IMG/VR virus record: IMGVR_UViG_3300022178_001342
Location: 1-38,848 of that record
DNA: 38,848 nucleotides
DNA from: a virus
Taxonomy: Duplodnaviria > Caudoviricetes
Reading direction: 5' to 3' (one strand)
Below the pieces are notes generated by a model that worked only from the letters and a program-made list of their open reading frames with translations, ran no database searches and was not told the DNA's origin. Positions within the stretch are counted from its first letter, which is position 1; each line of letters starts with the position of its first letter. Shown here piece by piece: positions 33,412 through 38,848 of this stretch. Position numbers and translations under genes: made by a program.

Positions 33412-33897
33412 TTAGAACATTGAGTACGGTGAAGTTATTGGCGGTGCCGTGTAACCACCCGCGGGAGGCGAATAAAAATTATCCTGTATTTGAGGTAAAG
33501 ACATCACACCCCGAGAGAACTGGTCGCCTTGGTACGCGCCCGTTAACCCGTATCCACCAGCCATCTGTTGTTGAGGACCCATCTGCTGTTGAGGACCCAT
33601 CTGCTGTTGAGGACCCATCTGCTGTTGAGGACCCATCTGCTGTTGAGGACCCATCTGTTGTTGAGGACCCATCTGTTGTTGATTCAAAGCTTGACCAAAG
33701 CTTGGGTCGTTCATCGGTACTTGATTGGAGCCGTCAAACGCCATCAAAGGACTACCCATTTGTGGCTGAGGCTCACCTGAATTAAAACCCCTAAGAGCTT
33801 CCGGCTGTGGGGCAAAAGGAAGCGGCTGAGGTACAGGCTGCGGAGGAACACCACTGTTCATCTGAAAGTTAGACAGGCCGTTGAGAAATCTACTCAT
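33412..33897 (-). CDS. Low-complexity Q/P/M/G-rich hypothetical protein
   Basis: 161 aa with a GGAG RBS; contains (QQQMGP)6. Confidence 0.7.
   Translation of the reverse strand: MSRFLNGLSNFQMNSGVPPQPVPQPLPFAPQPEALRGFNSGEPQPQMGSPLMAFDGSNQVPMNDPSFGQALNQQQMGPQQQMGPQQQMGPQQQMGPQQQMGPQQQMGPQQQMAGGYGLTGAYQGDQFSRGVMSLPQIQDNFYSPPAGGYTAPPITSPYSMF
33562..33681 (-). repeat. 18-bp tandem repeat, 6.7 copies (QQQMGP)
   Basis: catctg(c/t)tgttgaggacc units. Confidence 0.96.
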
Positions 33898-33909
33898 GTC
33901 AAAACTCCA

Positions 33910-34104
33910 TTAGACACACGCGTGGTACTTACCGCCGCGCTTCGCGGCACCCATGCCGCGGGCCGTCTTAATCGCAGTAGACGTAGGTATCTTGAACGGC
34001 GCACTCTTGCCATACGGAATACGGCCCTGATCCTTAATATCAGCGTAAGGAACCGCCTTCGGAGATGGACCCGCAGGGGCCCCTTGGAATTTTACTTTAG
34101 CCAT
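33910..34104 (-). CDS. Small basic protein
   Basis: 64 aa directly after the portal gene; ends ARGMGAAKRGGKYHACV. Confidence 0.72.
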   Translation of the reverse strand: MAKVKFQGAPAGPSPKAVPYADIKDQGRIPYGKSAPFKIPTSTAIKTARGMGAAKRGGKYHACV

Positions 34105-34106
34105 TA

Positions 34107-36512
34107 CTAACTCCTCTGCTTCATAATCTCGCGGTCCATCGCACTCTGAATGCGCTTGTCCGTCTGCTGTTCTTGGCTCTGCAAGCGTTGCTGGAACTGC
34201 TGACCACGCATCTGCTGGTTTTGAGCATCAAGCTGAAGTCTCGCTTGATCCATCTGAGCGTCCGACTGTTCCGACTGCGCCTTAATCTCCAACTCTTTCT
34301 CTTTGAGTTGTACCAGAGGATCAGGCCCCTGACCAGATAATTGTCCAGATAGCTGTTTTACCTGTTGCATTCCCTGCGCAACCAACTGAGCCACTACCGC
34401 CTGATACTGCATCTCCATCTGAGCCTCGTCGCCGCCCTGCATTTGCTGCATCTGCTGCATACCAGCCTCTTCAGCCTGTATCTTAACATGCTCCAAAATG
34501 TGTTTTTGTAAAGCAACAGCAACCTGTGGCATCTGACCAACCAAAGGACTAGACCCAAAGATTAAATGCGCCGTGATGTGAGACTGATGATCCTGACCCG
34601 CGAACGCACGTAACTCCATCATGTCCAAACCGTTGATGTTCTCTTGCGCAGGGTCCAAGGGCCGCGGTTCGTCGTCAGGAACCGCCTTCATTATCCTATC
34701 AACGTCCGTAACACCCAAAGATTCATACATATCACGATATACCTCGTGCATGTTGTGCATCTCTGGTGCCTGTGCAGCCAACTGCATTTTAGTCTGAGAT
34801 AACGCAATCCGCTGCGCCTGACTAAATACATTCGGATTACTGACAGGAATTACGTCCACACGGTCGTCGAAATCAGACGCCATGATGCTCGACTCGTCAC
34901 CAGCAACAGAATACGGATACTCCTGCGGTAAACTCTCCGACATTACCCGCGCCAAAATCTTAAATTCCTGACGCATCGCATAATGCAAACGCTTGTGAAC
35001 CGCGCTCATTACACGAGAACCCTGCTCCAACATCGCTATCGTCGTGCCAACCGCCGCGTTCTGATTGCCGTCGCCAACCTTCATGTCAGTGATAGTCGCA
35101 AACCGCTGTCCAGCCTGTACAACAAAACCCAACAACTCAAACAACGTCCGGTCAGGACCCTTAAACGGTAACGGCATTAAGCTGTCCCGAATAGCGCCGC
35201 CCGGAGCATCTACGTCCCTAAACTCCCCCGGTTGTAGAGGCTCGTCGTCGTCCCGAATCCGAAGTCCGCGGGCCTTGAACCCCGCAGGTAAGTTCGACAA
35301 AGTACCCGCGTCAATCAACTGCCGAAGCGCACTCGTCGCGGTTCGCGATAAACCACCTATGGTATGGATCAAGCCCAAGCCATAGAACCCAAATCCCGGT
35401 AAAAACTTAAAGTGTGTAAAATATGCAATCTTCTTCTTAGCCGGATCGTCCTCACGGTAATTCCGACGAATAGACAAAACCTGACCGTTGTCCTGAGATA
35501 TCGTGACAAGATAAGGAACCTTAATGCCCGTGGGCTCTCCGTCATCGTCAACGTCCTCATAACCCTCTAAGTCCAGATCAACGTGACACTCCAACAAAGT
35601 ACAGTCGTAATCAATCTGCGAAGGCTCTACGCCGTCAATGCGGTTTATCTCAGAGTCTACGTCCGTAATGTCCCCCTGCGCAGGTATCACGTCTATATCC
35701 AAATACACACCAGCAAGCTGCTTCTTGCGCAGGTCATTTAAATCCATGCGAATAAGCTGACTAATGTTTGGACACGTATCCAAATCAGAGGTGTCATACG
35801 GCACAACCAAGTTCTGCGCAGGAACAAACTTACTTACTGCGCGGTCCATGACCTCATCGTAATAAGTCTTCTTAAACGTACTGCCCGCAAGCGGTAAATA
35901 AAACAACATCTGATCCATGTCAGGAGTGTAATCCTCCATGACATTCGTAATGTAGTAGTTCATAAACTGCTTAACCCGCTTGGCCTGATCAGCCTTGGCG
36001 TGTGTCTCCTCGCCCATGACCTGCGTTCGTACAGGACCACTCGCGGGAAGTAGCTCGTTAAATGCCTGCGCCTGAAACTGCGTAGCAGCCTCCGCCAACA
36101 AAGGATGCGTTACGCCGCTGGAACCGCGAAACGGCTGAGTACGCTCCTCGTAATTAAATCCCAACAACTCCAAACCATTTGTATACGCATCCTCCCAATC
36201 CTGACGACCAGCCTTGTTCGCGTCAAACTCCGCAGCTAAATCGTTGCCAATGCGACTAAGTTCGCGGTCCGGCATCTCCTCCGCCAAATTTGCGTAAAAG
36301 TCCCCGTCCTCGCCGCGCATGTCCTCTGGATCAAAGTCAACCAAAACACTGCCGTCGTCCTCCTCAGAAATCTCTATCTCTACGTCGGAATCCACAGCAT
36401 ACAGCATAGGGTCCCCGCCAGAGTCCGGTATCTCTATCTCCAACTCAGCGCGTAAATCGTCCTCGTCAAGCTGACTCGGTACGTTAGTATCCATCAATCC
36501 GCCAATAGCCAT
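34107..36512 (-). CDS. Portal protein
   Basis: Follows terL; HPLLAEAATQFQA, LPLAGSTFKK, GFYGLGL, LRQLIDAGTLSNLPAG, PGEFRDVD; Q-rich C-terminal barrel. Start reassigned to ATG 36512 (GGAG RBS). Confidence 0.88.
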   Translation of the reverse strand: MAIGGLMDTNVPSQLDEDDLRAELEIEIPDSGGDPMLYAVDSDVEIEISEEDDGSVLVDFDPEDMRGEDGDFYANLAEEMPDRELSRIGNDLAAEFDANKAGRQDWEDAYTNGLELLGFNYEERTQPFRGSSGVTHPLLAEAATQFQAQAFNELLPASGPVRTQVMGEETHAKADQAKRVKQFMNYYITNVMEDYTPDMDQMLFYLPLAGSTFKKTYYDEVMDRAVSKFVPAQNLVVPYDTSDLDTCPNISQLIRMDLNDLRKKQLAGVYLDIDVIPAQGDITDVDSEINRIDGVEPSQIDYDCTLLECHVDLDLEGYEDVDDDGEPTGIKVPYLVTISQDNGQVLSIRRNYREDDPAKKKIAYFTHFKFLPGFGFYGLGLIHTIGGLSRTATSALRQLIDAGTLSNLPAGFKARGLRIRDDDEPLQPGEFRDVDAPGGAIRDSLMPLPFKGPDRTLFELLGFVVQAGQRFATITDMKVGDGNQNAAVGTTIAMLEQGSRVMSAVHKRLHYAMRQEFKILARVMSESLPQEYPYSVAGDESSIMASDFDDRVDVIPVSNPNVFSQAQRIALSQTKMQLAAQAPEMHNMHEVYRDMYESLGVTDVDRIMKAVPDDEPRPLDPAQENINGLDMMELRAFAGQDHQSHITAHLIFGSSPLVGQMPQVAVALQKHILEHVKIQAEEAGMQQMQQMQGGDEAQMEMQYQAVVAQLVAQGMQQVKQLSGQLSGQGPDPLVQLKEKELEIKAQSEQSDAQMDQARLQLDAQNQQMRGQQFQQRLQSQEQQTDKRIQSAMDREIMKQRS

Positions 36513-36523
36513 AGCCGTCTCCG

Positions 36524-37975
36524 TCAATAATATGCGTGTACCCTAGCAGATGTTTCTTCATCTTGCCAATCATCTGTTGGCAACTGCACAAAATTGCCCT
36601 GACGATACCTCATCAAAGCTTGCGTAGCACTGTCAACCAAATCATCAAACTCGCCGTTGGGAAATGCCGCCATCTCCTCAATTAACTCGTCCGCCCAAGT
36701 CTTGTCAGGAGCATACACCATACCAGCCTCAAATAAAGGACTAACGCTGTGCAACCGCGTTATCTTGTCATTGCCCCTACTCGGCGTAAAATTCACAACA
36801 GGTATCCCAACCTGACGCATCTCCTGAGTTAAAGGAGTCCCGCTAGCCTTCGCCTCAACTATTACCGTGTCAGGGTCCCAAAACTGATACTCCTCAAAAG
36901 CAATCCGCTTTAATTCAGGAAAATCCCAACGACCCTTCTTGCTATCCAAAAGTATTAACGCAGGGGACCCACCATCCTCTTCAGGATAAAACACACCCCA
37001 CGTCGTAATAGCACTGTAATCCGCACTCTCCCGCTTGCTAAACGCCGTGTCATAGCTCTGTATCACATACTGCAAGTTAGGGACCCGCTCAGAATCCCAA
37101 CGCTTCCACCACTCCCGAGGAACAATCGCGTTCTCCTCACCAGTAGGATTCTGCTGATACTGAGCATTCCACTTCATAGGTGGAATAGATGCCTTGACCG
37201 CGGTTAAATCCTCAATGCTCCAATACTCAGGCCAACAAGGCGTACCATCCTCAAAAACCGCAGGTAACTCCACAACCTCCCATTGATCCGCCAAAGGGTC
37301 CTTCGCCATAGCACGTAACAACTGACCCGTCATGTCCTTCTCAGACCACCGAGTCTGTACCAAAACTATAGAACCTCCGGGCTGTAATCGCTGCCGAGGA
37401 CCACCAGTGTACCAATCCCAAGCGTCAGTAAAACCATTGGAACTCATAGCCGTCTGCTCAGAATGAGGGTCGTCAATAATAATTAAATCACCGCCACGAC
37501 CCGCTAAGTTTGAACCAACGCCAACAGCATAATACATCCCGCCAGCACTCGTGTCCCAACGACCAGAAGCCTTCGAATCCGCCGCTAACTTTACGTTAGG
37601 AAATACCCCCTTATACTCATCCGTGTCCAAAAGATTCTTAGTCTTACGACCAAAGTTTACCGCCAACTCCGTCGTGTGAGTCGCCTGAATGATCTTCATA
37701 TTAGGATTCCGACCCATCATCCAAGCAGGAAACAAAAACGACGCAAACTCAGACTTCGTGTGCCGAGGAGCCATGTTGATAATCAAACGCTTTAACTCGC
37801 CACTCGCAACACGCTCCAACTTCTCAGCAATAATTCTATGGTGCCTACCAGCAATAAACTCAGGCCACATACCCTTTACAAAAGGTAAAAATTTATTTCG
37901 CTGAGACTCCTGCTTTTCTAGTTGTGCAAGCCTAAGTTGAAGTTTCAAGGATGTTTCTTGTGCTACGATACTCAC
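36524..37975 (-). CDS. terL: Terminase large subunit
   Basis: Walker A-like APRHTKSE, Walker B IIIDDP, motif III QTRW, YQQNP, and nuclease acidic residues SYDTA, VEAKASG, FDDLVDS. Confidence 0.95.
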   Translation of the reverse strand: MSIVAQETSLKLQLRLAQLEKQESQRNKFLPFVKGMWPEFIAGRHHRIIAEKLERVASGELKRLIINMAPRHTKSEFASFLFPAWMMGRNPNMKIIQATHTTELAVNFGRKTKNLLDTDEYKGVFPNVKLAADSKASGRWDTSAGGMYYAVGVGSNLAGRGGDLIIIDDPHSEQTAMSSNGFTDAWDWYTGGPRQRLQPGGSIVLVQTRWSEKDMTGQLLRAMAKDPLADQWEVVELPAVFEDGTPCWPEYWSIEDLTAVKASIPPMKWNAQYQQNPTGEENAIVPREWWKRWDSERVPNLQYVIQSYDTAFSKRESADYSAITTWGVFYPEEDGGSPALILLDSKKGRWDFPELKRIAFEEYQFWDPDTVIVEAKASGTPLTQEMRQVGIPVVNFTPSRGNDKITRLHSVSPLFEAGMVYAPDKTWADELIEEMAAFPNGEFDDLVDSATQALMRYRQGNFVQLPTDDWQDEETSARVHAYY

Positions 37976-38190
37976 GGTTCAGGGACCCCTAACGACCTTT
38001 CTTCCTGTAGATCAATTAAACGCTCAACCTCCATATCCTCTATCTCCGAATCAGAAGGACCCTCCTCGTCCCACCGTTTTTCGTCCGCGGTCCGGTGATC
38101 CATAGCCGCGAACCGCGCTTCCTCTTCGCGGTCTTGTTTAATAGACTCTATGTCCGCAGCTTCTAGTTGCATTTCTGTAATAATACCCAC
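37972..38190 (-). CDS. Small acidic hypothetical protein
   Basis: GTG start with a strong TAAGGAG RBS; stop overlaps the terL start (GTGA). Confidence 0.65.
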   Translation of the reverse strand: MGIITEMQLEAADIESIKQDREEEARFAAMDHRTADEKRWDEEGPSDSEIEDMEVERLIDLQEERSLGVPEP

Positions 38191-38214
38191 GAGCTTTCTC
38201 CTTAAAGTTGTACA

Positions 38215-38275
38215 AAGATTATAGTCTTATTGCATAGTTATACCCTATACCATTTTTATAGCAACTATTTGTAAA
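38215..38275 (-). promoter_or_regulatory. Putative promoter region for the morphogenesis operon
   Basis: AT-rich island upstream of the first gene. The minus strand has TTGCTA-16nt-TATAAC and a further TATAAT; the exact element is uncertain. Confidence 0.4.
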
Positions 38276-38779
38276 GAACATGGCCCAAGCCACCGCAGGT
38301 CGGCACGGGGTGCGCGGTCGGCGGATTTCGGTCGATTTGGGTTTAACCTAGGCGGATTGACCCGATATGCTGGGGCCCCTAGGTCGCGTTATGCGGTCTT
38401 TGGGCCATGCGATAATCAGTTATTAAATGAGATATCGCATAGCCTGGTCCGGGTCTTTGTAATCCCCCTGCGGTTGTCCGGCGCGGGATATCGGAGCGCA
38501 GCCGTCGCGATTGTTCCGCCAGCTGGTGCAGTTGGTGCAGTTAATTGACGTTCGAGCGTCGATCCGGTGGATTTGGGAAAGTGGCTGCGCTCCGATATTC
38601 TGCGCCAGCTGGCGTCGGTTCGCGTCTCTCTCGTTCATCTCGTTTCCGTTCGTCGGGTATCTGGGCACGAGATCGACGGTGCGAGATCTTTTTCGACGGT
38701 CCTAGGGCCTTGGATCGCGGGGCCATAGGTTCGAGCCCCCCAGTGCGCGGGGCGGGGTGGCAGGGTTAACTATGCGCTG

Positions 38780-38810
38780 AAAAGCAAAAGGCCCGCTCTA
38801 AGGCGGGCCT
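38780..38810 (-). terminator. Intrinsic terminator for a transcript entering from beyond the right edge
   Basis: On the minus strand AGGCCCGC-cttaga-GCGGGCCT followed by TTTGCTTTT. Confidence 0.7.
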
Positions 38811-38848
38811 GATCGTCGGTGTGGTGGTGCTGGGTATTACATATCGTG

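Noticed and set aside
33562-33681. Tandem array as a possible CRISPR
   Set aside because: The 18-bp units abut with no unique spacers, stay in frame in a CDS, and there are no cas genes.
578-37904. Numerous plus-strand ORFs (e.g. 578-913, 5588-5965, 13627-14112, 14475-15017, 33420-33785)
   Set aside because: They are antisense shadows of well-supported, tightly packed minus-strand genes, with no recognisable motifs.
36524-37975. Intein or intron in terL
   Set aside because: The ORF is continuous and of ordinary length, with no splicing or homing endonuclease motifs.
37972-38190. 72-aa ORF as terminase small subunit
   Set aside because: The position fits, but it is short, very acidic and has no visible HTH or oligomerisation pattern, so it is left as hypothetical.
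38357-38769. Five short overlapping ORFs at the right end
   Set aside because: They overlap on both strands, lack clear RBSs and have compositions expected from GC-rich non-coding DNA.

Overview
This window is the complete virion-morphogenesis and lysis arm of a tailed dsDNA bacteriophage, most likely a marine podovirus. The gene set and order resemble HTVC023P/CRP-901-type phages of marine Alphaproteobacteria, an assignment made from memory and not from a search. Nearly all genes are on the minus strand, reading right to left: terminase large subunit, portal, small and membrane proteins plus a lysis cassette (holin-like genes, M15 endolysin), GroES, scaffold, capsid accessory proteins, major capsid protein, a cluster of small basic proteins, two head-tail adaptor-like paralogues, a tail fibre with a Peptidase_S74 chaperone, a tail nozzle, and about 15.5 kb of putative internal/ejection proteins. 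This arm meets the 3' end of a plus-strand SNF2-like helicase tail to tail. The most striking unexplained signal is a short peptide tag, [FYMA]-[AKQR]-x-G-G-[PEA]-[VMA]. It recurs about 17 times in 7 otherwise unrelated genes, falls at domain boundaries and protein termini of putative cargo proteins, and makes up almost all of an unannotated 56-aa ORF. It co-occurs with a second G-[IVL]-[AG]-[SG]-L motif and with a duplicated 'GE[FI]V' domain. Together these suggest a capsid cargo-addressing or processing system whose cargo includes an ADP-ribosyltransferase-like plus lytic transglycosylase fusion and a cationic amphipathic peptide. No tRNA, rRNA, CRISPR array, integrase or transposase was seen.
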